Below are positions 42,244 through 50,977 of a stretch of 51,449 nucleotides of DNA, one piece after another. Position numbers and translations under genes: made by a program. The notes below the pieces were generated by a model. That model was not told the DNA's origin and ran no database searches. It saw only the letters and a program-made list of their open reading frames with translations. This DNA is from an uncultured Candidatus Saccharibacteria bacterium (lineage in GTDB: Bacteria > Patescibacteriota > Minisyncoccia > Phycocordibacterales > Zambryskibacteraceae): contig CAYGCY010000004.1 in NCBI GenBank assembly GCA_964348525.1, positions 1,886 to 53,334 on the forward strand, read 5' to 3'. How positions within the stretch are numbered: the first letter of the stretch is position 1; each line of letters starts with the position of its first letter.

Positions 42244-42867
42244 ATGGTAATCACATATCATGGGCTAGAATTTTTCAAAGTTACTTTTGGAGATACCACC
42301 ATAGCCTTTAATCCAATCTCGAAAGACTCAAAGCTAAAAGGACCACATTTTGGCGCCGATGTCGCTCTTATTTCCTTAAAAGATAGAGATATGAATGGAG
42401 CGGATGCGGTTTCAAGAGGAGAAAAACAGGCTTTTGTTATAGATGGTCCGGGTGAATATGAAATAGGAGGCCTGTTTGTGAAAGGCTTCACAAGTAAAAG
42501 CAATTATGGAGGAGAAGAAAGACTCAATACCATATATCTAGTAAATCTGGAAAACATGAATCTTTGTTTTTTGGGCGCGCTTTCTCACAAAGATCTTGAT
42601 CCAAAGGTAACGGAAGAACTTGAAGACATAGACATTTTGTTTACTCCAATAGGAGGCGAAGGAGTTTTGAATTCTCTTGAAAGTTATAAAATGGCAGTAA
42701 AACTTGAACCATCTCTTATTATTCCAATGCATTATGATGAGAAATCTCTGAAGGCTTTTCTCAAAGACGCGGGAGAGGAAAAAATGGCACCTGTTGATAA
42801 ACTCACTCTGAAGAAAAAAGATTTGGAAGGCAAGGAAAGCGACGTTGTGATTTTGAAAGTAGAGTAA
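42244..42867 (+). CDS. MBL-fold metal-dependent hydrolase (UPF0173-like)
   Basis: MVITYHGLEFFKVTFGDTTIAFNP... The ATG at 42244 lies 6 nt after a TATAAT box (42232-42237), so the mRNA may be leaderless. The ORF-track start at 42208 would include that box. Confidence 0.75.
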   Translation: MVITYHGLEFFKVTFGDTTIAFNPISKDSKLKGPHFGADVALISLKDRDMNGADAVSRGEKQAFVIDGPGEYEIGGLFVKGFTSKSNYGGEERLNTIYLVNLENMNLCFLGALSHKDLDPKVTEELEDIDILFTPIGGEGVLNSLESYKMAVKLEPSLIIPMHYDEKSLKAFLKDAGEEKMAPVDKLTLKKKDLEGKESDVVILKVE

Positions 42868-42868
42868 T

Positions 42869-43213
42869 ATGAGCAATATTTTAGAAAAAACTCTCAAAGT
42901 AATAGAAAAGACTCGAGAAAAGCCCGAACATGTGAGGCATTTGGTGTCTCTTTCTGTGGCAGGTGGGTTCACTCTAGTACTCTTTTTGATGTGGGCTTTT
43001 ATTTTATTGCCAATGCGCTTTGACAGTCCTGTTTTGGCGGAGAAAAGCAAAGAGATATCGCCATTTGCTTCCTTAAAAGCACAAGTGGGGAGCGCTTATG
43101 ACGATTTTTTAAAGACCCTGAAGAATCAGGATGGAACAAACGAAAGCAATAAATCTCTTTGGCAAAACAGTTATGAAAAGATAAAATCTGAAGCCCAGAA
43201 TTCAGGACAATAG
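42869..43213 (+). CDS. Hypothetical small membrane protein
   Basis: 114 aa with one TM helix (LVSLSVAGGFTLVLFLMWAFILL). Tightly coupled to flanking genes. Confidence 0.6.
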   Translation: MSNILEKTLKVIEKTREKPEHVRHLVSLSVAGGFTLVLFLMWAFILLPMRFDSPVLAEKSKEISPFASLKAQVGSAYDDFLKTLKNQDGTNESNKSLWQNSYEKIKSEAQNSGQ

Positions 43214-43222
43214 CGAATAAAG

Positions 43223-45688
43223 ATGAAAAAGAAAGAAGAAACAACAAAAGAAGAGATACCACACCAAAATGTTGTGTCGCGTTCGATAGTTTCTGAAATG
43301 AAAGAATCTTTCATTGATTACGCCATGAGCGTAATCACAGACCGAGCGCTTCCAGATGTGCGTGACGGTTTGAAGCCGGTGCATAGAAGGATCCTTTTTA
43401 CCATGAACGAAATGGGACTTACTGCTTCCGCCAAATTCAGAAAATCAGCAACAGTGGTGGGAGATGTTTTGGGTAATTATCACCCACACGGAGATACGGC
43501 CGTCTATGATTCTATGGTAAAGCTCGCTCAAGATTTTTCTACTAGATACCCTTTGGTTTTGGGTCAGGGAAACTTCGGTTCCGTTGATGGCGATCAGGCG
43601 GCAGCATACAGATACACTGAAGCCAAAATGTCTAAAATCTCGAGCGAAATGCTAGCAGATATAGAAAAAGACACCGTAGATTTTAAACCAAACTATGACG
43701 GTAGAAAAAAAGAGCCGACGGTTCTGCCGACAGCAATTCCCAACCTCATTCTCAATGGCACTTTGGGGATTGCTGTAGGAATGGCCACCAATATTCCTCC
43801 GCACAACTTGCGTGAAGTGGCCGACGCTGTTTCTTTTTATGTAGACAATGAGGATGCGTCAACGGACGACCTGATGCAGTTTATAAAAGGTCCAGATTTT
43901 CCTACGGGGGGAATCGCTTTTAATGAAAAAGATATTCATCATGCTTCTTCTACAGGAAGAGGTGGAGTGGTGGTGAGAGGGGTTGCGGAAATTGTTGAAT
44001 CAAAGCTAAATCAGTTTCAAATAATAATTTCAGAATTGCCGTACAGGGTGAATAGATCCACTCTTATAGAAAATATTGCCGAACTGGTAAAGGATAAAAA
44101 GATAGAAGGCATAAAAGATATGCGAGATGAGTCTACAAAAGAGACCCGCATAGTTATTGAGTTAAAAAATGGTTCCCAACCTCAAAAAATTCTCAACGCA
44201 CTCTACAAACACACTCAGCTTGAAGAAACTTTTCATTACAATCTGGTCGCCATAGTGGACGGCGTGCCACAAACACTCTCGCTCGCAGACATTATAGGAG
44301 AATTTGTTGCTCACAGAAAAATTGTAATAAAAAGACGTACAGAGTTTGATTTGGCAAAAGCTAAAGACAGAGAACACATCTTGCTCGGTCTCAAAAAAGC
44401 TCTCGACCATATAGACGAAATCATCAAGCTTATTAAAAAATCAAAGGACGTTGAGGCGGCGAAGCTCGGCTTGATGAAAGAATTCAAGTTCTCTGAAAAA
44501 CAGGCTATTGCCATTTTGGAAATGAGGCTTCAAAAGCTCGCGGGACTAGAAAGACAGAAAATAGAAGACGAGCTTAAAGAGGTGGGGATTCTTATAAAAG
44601 AGTTAGAGGCCATTCTTTCTTCGCCCAAAAAAGTACTTTCAATAATTAAAAAAGAAATGTCTGATGCGTCCGAAAAATACGGAGATGATAGGCGCACCAA
44701 AATAGTGAAGCACGCCGTAAAGTCGTTTTCAGTAGAAGACCTTATTCCAGATGAAGAGCAAACTCTAGTATTAACGGCCGGTGGTTATGTAAAAAGAACC
44801 AAACCAGAAGAATACAGAAAACAGAAAAGGGGCGGAGTGGGAGTAATAGATTTGGATACAAAAGAAGAGGATTTCGTCACCAATATTTTATCTGCCTCAA
44901 CTCATGCTGACCTACTATTTTTCTCTGACAAAGGAAAAGTGTATCAGCTAAAAATGTTTGATTTGCCGGAGGGCAAGAGAGCTACCAAGGGAAAAGCGAT
45001 GGTGAATTATTTGGCGATTTCGGAGGACGAAAAAATAACATCCATTCTTCCTGTGCCAAAAGAAGCAAAAGCAGTAGAGGATTTATCTCTTATTATGGTT
45101 ACAAAAAACGGCACTGGCAAAAGAGTGGCAGCAAAATCTTTTTCAGATGTGCGTTCTAGCGGAATTATTGCGATTAAGCTCGACGAAGGGGACAAACTGC
45201 AATCTGTCTCTCTGTGCAAATCGGGGGACACGGTCATTTTGGCATCAAGCGATGGGCAGTCTATACATTTCAAAGAATCTGATGTACGAGAAATGGGAAG
45301 AACCGCTGGGGGCGTAAGGCTTATTAGTTTGAAAGGAAAAGATTCCGTAGTAGGAGCTCAAGTGGTAGCAAAAGCTGATGCAGGGAAAGCAGAGCTTCTC
45401 ACTGTGTCTCAAAATGGGTATGGGAAAAAGACCCCACTTGAAGAATATAAGGTTCAAAATAGAGGAGGCTCTGGTATAAAGACCGCCCAAGTAACGACAA
45501 AAACTGGGAAAGTAATGGCAGCTTCTATCGTCTTGTCCCTCGAAGAGGAGTTGGTAGCTATTTCTAAAAAAGGTCAGATTATTCGTGTGGGTACAGAGGA
45601 AATACCATCACTCGGTAGACAGACTCAAGGTGTAAGAATTATGAAATTACGTGAAGGAGACTCTCTGGCCTCGACTGTTTGTTTATAA
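43223..45688 (+). CDS. gyrA: DNA gyrase subunit A
   Basis: [32 protein letters not shown], and the active-site region [10 protein letters not shown]. 821 aa. Confidence 0.95.
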   Translation: MKKKEETTKEEIPHQNVVSRSIVSEMKESFIDYAMSVITDRALPDVRDGLKPVHRRILFTMNEMGLTASAKFRKSATVVGDVLGNYHPHGDTAVYDSMVKLAQDFSTRYPLVLGQGNFGSVDGDQAAAYRYTEAKMSKISSEMLADIEKDTVDFKPNYDGRKKEPTVLPTAIPNLILNGTLGIAVGMATNIPPHNLREVADAVSFYVDNEDASTDDLMQFIKGPDFPTGGIAFNEKDIHHASSTGRGGVVVRGVAEIVESKLNQFQIIISELPYRVNRSTLIENIAELVKDKKIEGIKDMRDESTKETRIVIELKNGSQPQKILNALYKHTQLEETFHYNLVAIVDGVPQTLSLADIIGEFVAHRKIVIKRRTEFDLAKAKDREHILLGLKKALDHIDEIIKLIKKSKDVEAAKLGLMKEFKFSEKQAIAILEMRLQKLAGLERQKIEDELKEVGILIKELEAILSSPKKVLSIIKKEMSDASEKYGDDRRTKIVKHAVKSFSVEDLIPDEEQTLVLTAGGYVKRTKPEEYRKQKRGGVGVIDLDTKEEDFVTNILSASTHADLLFFSDKGKVYQLKMFDLPEGKRATKGKAMVNYLAISEDEKITSILPVPKEAKAVEDLSLIMVTKNGTGKRVAAKSFSDVRSSGIIAIKLDEGDKLQSVSLCKSGDTVILASSDGQSIHFKESDVREMGRTAGGVRLISLKGKDSVVGAQVVAKADAGKAELLTVSQNGYGKKTPLEEYKVQNRGGSGIKTAQVTTKTGKVMAASIVLSLEEELVAISKKGQIIRVGTEEIPSLGRQTQGVRIMKLREGDSLASTVCL

Positions 45689-45698
45689 AATTTCGTTT

Positions 45699-45875
45699 GG
45701 ATATGTTATTTCAAAATCAACGGCCACTCGTCTTAAAATTTAAAAATAACCCAAGCTTCATAAACGAAAAACACCAGAACTCGTCCCGTTAGAACGGGAC
45801 TCAGACGCCTGGTGTTTTTCTATTGCGCTAAGGTTATTTTGAAATATCCTCATGAGCTTTTGAAATAACATATCC
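45699..45875 (+). repeat. ~180-nt long-hairpin structured intergenic element, copy 2 (family shared with 15474-15663)
   Basis: Perfect 18-bp outer arms GGATATGTTATTTCAAAA / TTTTGAAATAACATATCC. Inner arms AAAATAACC / GGTTATTTT and GAAAAACACCAG / CCTGGTGTTTTTC. The apex is GTCCCGTT-AG-AACGGGAC. Confidence 0.75.
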
Positions 45876-45916
45876 TCACTCTAAAATACTAAAAAGTATT
45901 GTAGAATATATAAGGT

Positions 45917-47221
45917 ATGCAAATAAGCAAATTTCAAATTGCTATTCTTATCTTGTTTGGTCTTGCTATAGTGGGAGGCGTTATTGCTTTCTCTGTTTAT
46001 AAAGGATCAGGAGGACAAACGATTGATCTATCTGTGTGGGGAGTAATGCCTCAAACGACTTGGAATGCTTGGTATTCTTCTAGCCCAATCGCCCAAAACA
46101 ATCTGTACAGGATTACCTATACAACTGTTTCGGAACAAAATTTTGACAATGAACTCATCAATGCGCTAGCGGAAGGCAGGGGGCCTGACATAGTGATAGC
46201 TTTTCACGATAGGCTTTTGAAAAACCAGACCAAATTACTTCCGATTCCATATACGTCTTTTTCTAAAAGAGATTATCAAAATACATTTATAGATGCTTCT
46301 TCTGCACTAATGACGCCTGAGGGAGAAATGGCGGTGCCACTTTTGATAGACCCACTAGTCCTCTATCACAACAAAGATACATTCGCGAGCTATTCTTTGG
46401 TAGAGCCTCCAACTCTTTGGGAACAGATGTACCCGCTTGCACAGGGAATGACTGTCAAAGATCCAAAGAGTGGCAACATAGTGAAGCCAGCGGTGCCTTT
46501 GGGCAGTTTTTCAAATATTTTGTACGCCAAAGATATTTTGGCCACGATGATTTTTCAGGCCGGTGGTAAAATCGTTTCTGATACAGAGGGTTTTATAACC
46601 GCAACTTTAAGCGATTCTTTTGGAGCTCCGTATCCACCCGCCAATTCCGCGCTCTTGTTCTTTACAGAATTTTCTAATCCTGCGAAAGTTTTTTATACAT
46701 GGAACAGATCGCTTTCAGATTCGCTCTCTAAATTTTCTGCAGGGGATTCGGCTATGTATGTAGGGTATGCATCTGACTTAAGAAAAATAAAAGACAAAAA
46801 TCCTAATTTGGTTTTTGACGCTTCCTTTCTGCCTCAAGCAACTGGGGCAACAAAAGCTATTACATACGGCAAGATGCTTTCTATGGCTGTGCCGAGGGGC
46901 ACTGAAAAGTGGAGCTCTGCATTTGGGGCTATTTTTGAGATGATGTCTCCGCAATCTGTTGATGGGCTTTATCAGACGCTTCGACTTCCTCCTGCGAGAA
47001 GAGATTTACTCAAAAATAGCCCCGAAGACCCATTTGAGGCGGTATTTTTTGACTCAGCCATACGCGCATTTGCTTGGAAAGACCCCGATACAGACTCCAC
47101 TTCGGCTATATTTCAAAACATGATAGATTCTGTAACATCAGGCAGAGTGCGGATAGAAGATGCAGTATTTACTGGGCAAAAAGAATTGCAAGCTGTAATA
47201 TCAACTTATAAAACAAGATGA
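45917..47221 (+). CDS. Membrane-anchored extracellular solute-binding-protein-like protein (tentative)
   Basis: 434 aa with an N-terminal anchor IAILILFGLAIVGGVIAF. The SBP-like layout is an impression only. The stop overlaps the next start (ATGA). Confidence 0.7.
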   Translation: MQISKFQIAILILFGLAIVGGVIAFSVYKGSGGQTIDLSVWGVMPQTTWNAWYSSSPIAQNNLYRITYTTVSEQNFDNELINALAEGRGPDIVIAFHDRLLKNQTKLLPIPYTSFSKRDYQNTFIDASSALMTPEGEMAVPLLIDPLVLYHNKDTFASYSLVEPPTLWEQMYPLAQGMTVKDPKSGNIVKPAVPLGSFSNILYAKDILATMIFQAGGKIVSDTEGFITATLSDSFGAPYPPANSALLFFTEFSNPAKVFYTWNRSLSDSLSKFSAGDSAMYVGYASDLRKIKDKNPNLVFDASFLPQATGATKAITYGKMLSMAVPRGTEKWSSAFGAIFEMMSPQSVDGLYQTLRLPPARRDLLKNSPEDPFEAVFFDSAIRAFAWKDPDTDSTSAIFQNMIDSVTSGRVRIEDAVFTGQKELQAVISTYKTR

Positions 47222-47622
47222 AAATTTTAGGCCAAACATTTGTTATTTTGTTTCTTGCAGTAGTTTTGGTTTCTCCAGTTCTGGCTAGCGCACAAATATA
47301 CCGCCTAGAGCCTCTCGTAGTTTGTGGGTACAAAGATATGCCAGCGCAAGATCAGCAGTGCAAATTCCCACACCTGATACTCTTTGTGAAAAATCTCATA
47401 AAAGATTTGGTACTGATTGCCTTTCCTCTGACGGCCGTAACGTTTGCTTGGGCGGGGTTTCTCATCCTCACTTCAGGTGGAGATAAGGGGAAGCTTGAAA
47501 AAGGTAGAGGGATGCTCATAAAGGTTGGGATAGGTTTTGCGTGGATAGTGGGTGCGTATATTTTGGTGACGTTTATAATAAATACATTCGTTAAGTCGGG
47601 CTCGATAGTTAATTTGCTATAA
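47218..47622 (+). CDS. TrbC/VirB2-like (T4SS-pilin-family) small membrane protein, paralog 1
   Basis: Signal peptide, then helix-charged loop-helix: LIAFPLTAVTFAWAGFLILTSGGDKGKLEKGRGMLIKVGIGFAWIVGAYILVTFI. Confidence 0.7.
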   Translation: MKILGQTFVILFLAVVLVSPVLASAQIYRLEPLVVCGYKDMPAQDQQCKFPHLILFVKNLIKDLVLIAFPLTAVTFAWAGFLILTSGGDKGKLEKGRGMLIKVGIGFAWIVGAYILVTFIINTFVKSGSIVNLL

Positions 47623-47623
47623 A

Positions 47624-48064
47624 ATGAAAAAAATACATCTAATAATTTTGGCGCTCATAGTTTCAAGTTTTGTGTTTTCAAGTGTCTTTGCTCAGACCGG
47701 CGGAGGTACTGCAGGCCAGCCAACAGGCGGAGGAACAGCGAACCAACCAACAGGTGGAGGCACGGCCAATGAAGGCTCTACTAATATACGAATAGGGAAT
47801 CCTTTTAAAGGTGCTGGAGAAGATGGTAATTTGTTAGGCCTGATTTACGTTATTCTCGATAAGGCAGTAAAGCCAATAGGGGGAGTGATAGTGGTCATCA
47901 TGATAATTTATTCAGGATTTCTATTTGTTACTGCAAGGGGTAGTGAAGATAAAATATCTGAAGCCAGAAGGAATTTTACCTATACGGCAATAGGTGCGGC
48001 GATACTTTTGGGTTCTGTAGCTCTCGCAAAAATGATAGAAGCCACCATAAAATCTCTACAATAA
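47624..48064 (+). CDS. TrbC/VirB2-like pilin-family protein, paralog 2 (Gly-rich repeat N-terminal region)
   Basis: Signal peptide. GGGTAGQPTGGGTANQPTGGGTANEG. GGVIVVIMIIYSGFLFVTARGSEDKISEARRNFTYTAIGAAILLGSVAL. Confidence 0.7.
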   Translation: MKKIHLIILALIVSSFVFSSVFAQTGGGTAGQPTGGGTANQPTGGGTANEGSTNIRIGNPFKGAGEDGNLLGLIYVILDKAVKPIGGVIVVIMIIYSGFLFVTARGSEDKISEARRNFTYTAIGAAILLGSVALAKMIEATIKSLQ

Positions 48065-48065
48065 A

Positions 48066-49007
48066 GTGAAAAACGTAAAATCATTTCAATACATTCTTGC
48101 AATTGGAGTAGTAATTTTACCTATAGTTCTCTTCGCGGAAACTTCTCCATTTGGAGATCCTGCAAGCTCTCAAACTTTTAATATAAAAACCATACCGACT
48201 GGAGGCCCAATAAAGACGGCTACTTCAGTTCCAAGCGGTGGGGCTATTAACACAGGTGCTTCTACCACCGCAGGAGGCCAGATACAAACAGGCACTTCTA
48301 CTACCGCGGGAGGCAAGATACAGACGGGTGGATCCGTCACGGGAGGTGGCTCTGTTATGAGTGGCGGAGGGATTCGTTCGGGCAATCTTATAAGAACCGT
48401 CTATTACATTTTTTCTGGAGGGACAATTCCTAGGGCAGGTGGGTCTATTGAATCTGGTGGAAGTATTGCAACCGGAGGAGGGTGCGTAGAGTACGCCAAA
48501 AAAACGGTAATAGATTATGACACGGTGGAATCATGGGACGATGAAACTGGTCAGCCGTATTTTAAAGTGATAGGACAGCACCAAGAAAATGATACGACAA
48601 GGTGTTTAAAATTTGCCAGTGATGTACTTGGACCAACTAACCCATTCATTCAATCTGGTGGCGCTATCAGTACTGTAAATGATTCAAACAGATCGGCTTT
48701 TTCGTTTTTCGGTTCGCCTTTTGTAGAAACCCCAAAAACATTTAAAGAATTTATTTCCTTGCTTATTGATCTCATAAGAATAGTAATACCTTTGACCGTT
48801 GTGATGTCCTTATGGTTCTTCTTCTGGGGCCTTACAAGATTTATTAGAAATTCTGGTGACGAAAATAAAGAGCAGGAAGGTAAGGACCTCATGATATGGG
48901 GGACTCTCGCTCTATTTGTGATGGTGTCTGTTTATGGGCTGTTGAATCTTTTGTACGCAAGTGCGTTTGGAGGTAGCATATCTGGACTTCCTTTACTTCC
49001 ACAATAA
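48066..49007 (+). CDS. TrbC/VirB2-like pilin-family protein, paralog 3, with a ~230-aa N-terminal extension
   Basis: GTG start and a signal peptide. Degenerate GG-x-I-x-T-G repeats. The C-terminus is IPLTVVMSLWFFFWGLTRFIRNSGDENKEQEGKDLMIWGTLALFVMVSVYGLL. Confidence 0.7.
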   Translation: MKNVKSFQYILAIGVVILPIVLFAETSPFGDPASSQTFNIKTIPTGGPIKTATSVPSGGAINTGASTTAGGQIQTGTSTTAGGKIQTGGSVTGGGSVMSGGGIRSGNLIRTVYYIFSGGTIPRAGGSIESGGSIATGGGCVEYAKKTVIDYDTVESWDDETGQPYFKVIGQHQENDTTRCLKFASDVLGPTNPFIQSGGAISTVNDSNRSAFSFFGSPFVETPKTFKEFISLLIDLIRIVIPLTVVMSLWFFFWGLTRFIRNSGDENKEQEGKDLMIWGTLALFVMVSVYGLLNLLYASAFGGSISGLPLLPQ

Positions 49008-49423
49008 TGAAAAAAATACTAATAATCACACTTGTAGTTTCTTTAGCCTTGCCTCTAGCCTTTGCCTTTGCTGATCAGACTGGTACTGGGAGAACAACGA
49101 CGGGCCCCACTTTTCCAGGGGGGACCACTTATGGGAGGACAATAGATTGTTATGGCGGAAATATACAGGGGATTTTAATATGTGTGGGGCAACTTTTTGA
49201 AAGGCTTATTCCTATTACTGTTGGGCTCGCTCTCCTATATTTTATTTGGGGTGTGTTTAAAATAATTCGAGCGCAGGGCGACACCGGAAAAATTGAAGAG
49301 GGTAGAAAAATTGTTTTCTGGGGGCTCATTGCTCTTTTTGTGATGGTGTCGATTGGGGGACTAATTGCCTTTATCTACGGAGATTTCTTAGGAGGAATAC
49401 CAAACACCATCCCCACAAATTAG
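49007..49423 (+). CDS. TrbC/VirB2-like pilin-family protein, paralog 4
   Basis: Signal peptide. ITVGLALLYFIWGVFKIIRAQGDTGKIEEGRKIVFWGLIALFVMVSIGGLIAF. Confidence 0.7.
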   Translation: MKKILIITLVVSLALPLAFAFADQTGTGRTTTGPTFPGGTTYGRTIDCYGGNIQGILICVGQLFERLIPITVGLALLYFIWGVFKIIRAQGDTGKIEEGRKIVFWGLIALFVMVSIGGLIAFIYGDFLGGIPNTIPTN

Positions 49424-49503
49424 CCTTTTTATCCCCATATCTAATCAATATTCTCCTCTTTAAGTTATAATAATTGAAGCCTATTAAAGGTTAAATATAA
49501 ATT

Positions 49504-49869
49504 ATGAAAAAATTAATTGGAATTACTTCAGGTGCGATGCTTCCTATGCTTGCTTTGGCACAGACCAATCCAGACCTTAGGAATGTAGATACCTTGTTGA
49601 CCAACATTGGAGAAATAATCAACAGTGCCCTACCTATCTTGGTAGCTGCAGCACTTTTGTTCTTCTTTTATGGTCTAGCACGCTTTATTCTAGCTTCAGG
49701 CGGAGACGAAGATGCTAAAAAAGCTGGTAAACATATCATGGTTTGGGGAGTAGTAGCTCTCTTCGTGATGGTGTCAGTTTGGGGCCTAGTATCATTCATT
49801 GGAAATGCTTTGGGCATTCAGCAAGGTCAGTCGCTTCCTAACGTTCCTCGTGTAAACGACATCAGATAG
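49504..49869 (+). CDS. TrbC/VirB2-like pilin-family protein, paralog 5
   Basis: Signal peptide. LPILVAAALLFFFYGLARFILASGGDEDAKKAGKHIMVWGVVALFVMVSVWGLVSF. Confidence 0.7.
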   Translation: MKKLIGITSGAMLPMLALAQTNPDLRNVDTLLTNIGEIINSALPILVAAALLFFFYGLARFILASGGDEDAKKAGKHIMVWGVVALFVMVSVWGLVSFIGNALGIQQGQSLPNVPRVNDIR

Positions 49870-49887
49870 CTTTTTGGAAAGACCGAA

Positions 49888-50145
49888 ATGGTTGAATTCA
49901 TAAAGAAAGTAGATTCGGTTATTCTAAACCCAATCATAATACTTGGATTTGCCGTCGCGATGATGGTGTTTCTTTGGGGAGTGTTTCAGTTTATCCGAAA
50001 TCCTGCAGACGAAGGGAACAGAAAGGAGGGACAAAGAAATATTATGTGGGGCCTTTTGGGGCTTCTAATAATGTTTGGGGCAAAAAGTATTATAAAGATT
50101 GTATTAGGTACTTTCGGAGTTACTGATTTGGGTTTTCCATTTTAG
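49888..50145 (+). CDS. TrbC/VirB2-like pilin-family protein, paralog 6 (core only, no obvious signal peptide)
   Basis: IIILGFAVAMMVFLWGVFQFIRNPADEGNRKEGQRNIMWGLLGLLIMFGAKSII. Confidence 0.65.
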   Translation: MVEFIKKVDSVILNPIIILGFAVAMMVFLWGVFQFIRNPADEGNRKEGQRNIMWGLLGLLIMFGAKSIIKIVLGTFGVTDLGFPF

Positions 50146-50168
50146 GTTTAGACAGAAATAAAATAATA

Positions 50169-50230
50169 TAAAGCAAGGTGCCTCATCACGGAGAGATATA
50201 CCGCGCTCCTAAATGAGGCACTTTGCTTTA
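50169..50230. other. 18-bp-stem hairpin with a 26-nt loop at the junction between the pilin operon and GC island D
   Basis: TAAAGCAAGGTGCCTCAT - CACGGAGAGATATACCGCGCTCCTAA - ATGAGGCACTTTGCTTTA (one G-T pair). Confidence 0.6.
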
Positions 50231-50240
50231 TATAAAAAAG

Positions 50241-50278
50241 AAATACCCCCATTCCGTTGTAACGGAATGGGGGTATTT
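50241..50278 (-). terminator. Intrinsic terminator of cassette D
   Basis: AAATACCCCCATTCCGTT-GT-AACGGAATGGGGGTATTT, with a T-run on the minus strand (CTTTTTT). Confidence 0.8.
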
Positions 50279-50286
50279 CGTTTCTT

Positions 50287-50892
50287 CTACGGACAGGTTT
50301 CGCTGAGCGCCACCTGCCCGCCACTTCTGAACTTGAACCTCAGACTGGTCGTGCGACCGGCCGTGACCCGTGGATCGTCCACCGTGGTCGCGATGGACCC
50401 ATGGTCCGTCGTAATCCACAGCGAGTCTCCGGGGGTTCCGAAGATGTCCCATCTCGTCTTGCAGGCGGGATTGAGGGGGATTAGCGCCCCCTCCTCGTTC
50501 GGATCGAGGTCCTGTACCACAGGCGCCTTGGTGACGCGCGCCCTTGAAACAGGCGCGGACGTCGTCACGGGCGCGACCGCGTTCTTTGCGGCCTCGGCCT
50601 TCAACTTCGGCCACAGGCCGTAGTAGAAACCGATGCCGAGAATCGCGATGGTCAGGGCGATCGAAATGAACGCTCCGATTTCGAGGCGTCGGCTGTTCAG
50701 CCAGTTGCCGAACGCCCGCGTGCGACCGACGACTGCCGGCCACCATACGCGGATGTTCCGCGCGATGAACCAGACGGCGCCGATTGCGAACAGGATGGCG
50801 AGGGCCGAAGCCCAGCCAATCCAGCCGAGCCAAATGCCGAGGACGACAACAATCGCCGTCACGATGGGGAGCAGGAACAGAAAGAGTACCAT
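50287..50892 (-). CDS. GC-rich membrane protein with 4 predicted TM helices plus a ~95-aa C-terminal domain containing 2 Cys (cassette D)
   Basis: I prefer the ATG at 50892, with GGAGG 7 nt upstream (MVLFLFLLPIVTAIVVVLGIWLGW...). The longer ORF-track start at 50961 would overlap the promoter at 50949-50977, downstream of its -35 box (50972-50977). Sample line 50701-50760 is 42/60 GC. Confidence 0.7.
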   Translation of the reverse strand: MVLFLFLLPIVTAIVVVLGIWLGWIGWASALAILFAIGAVWFIARNIRVWWPAVVGRTRAFGNWLNSRRLEIGAFISIALTIAILGIGFYYGLWPKLKAEAAKNAVAPVTTSAPVSRARVTKAPVVQDLDPNEEGALIPLNPACKTRWDIFGTPGDSLWITTDHGSIATTVDDPRVTAGRTTSLRFKFRSGGQVALSETCP

Positions 50893-50948
50893 TTGATCGC
50901 CTCCAAGGGCGTGGGTAGAAGAAACGAATTTGTAAGAGCTCTGTGTAT

Positions 50949-50977
50949 ATGATAGCACCAAGAGCCTTATTTGTCAA
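50949..50977 (-). promoter_or_regulatory. Near-consensus promoter TTGACA-N17-TATCAT with a TGC extended -10 (cassette D)
   Basis: Minus-strand ACTTGACAAATAAGGCTCTTGGTGCTATCAT shares ACTTGACAAATA and TGCTAT with the C3 promoter. Confidence 0.6.

Noticed and set aside
45917-47221. Alternative genetic code (UGA recoding, as in some CPR lineages)
   Set aside because: TGA is used as a genuine stop here: 47219-47221 sits in an ATGA overlap with the next gene. All recognisable housekeeping genes have normal lengths under the standard code.
47690-48400. Short tandem DNA repeats that might suggest a CRISPR array
   Set aside because: They are in-frame Gly-rich coding repeats of two pilin-family genes. 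They are irregular in length and have no spacer-repeat regularity. No cas genes are present.
50213-50977. ORFs 50213..50623 (+), 50228..50977 (-) and 50633..50896 (+), and the extended start at 50961
   Set aside because: The reason is the same high-GC open-frame artefact. Only the 50287..50892 frame has GGAGG at proper spacing and a coherent 4-TM topology.
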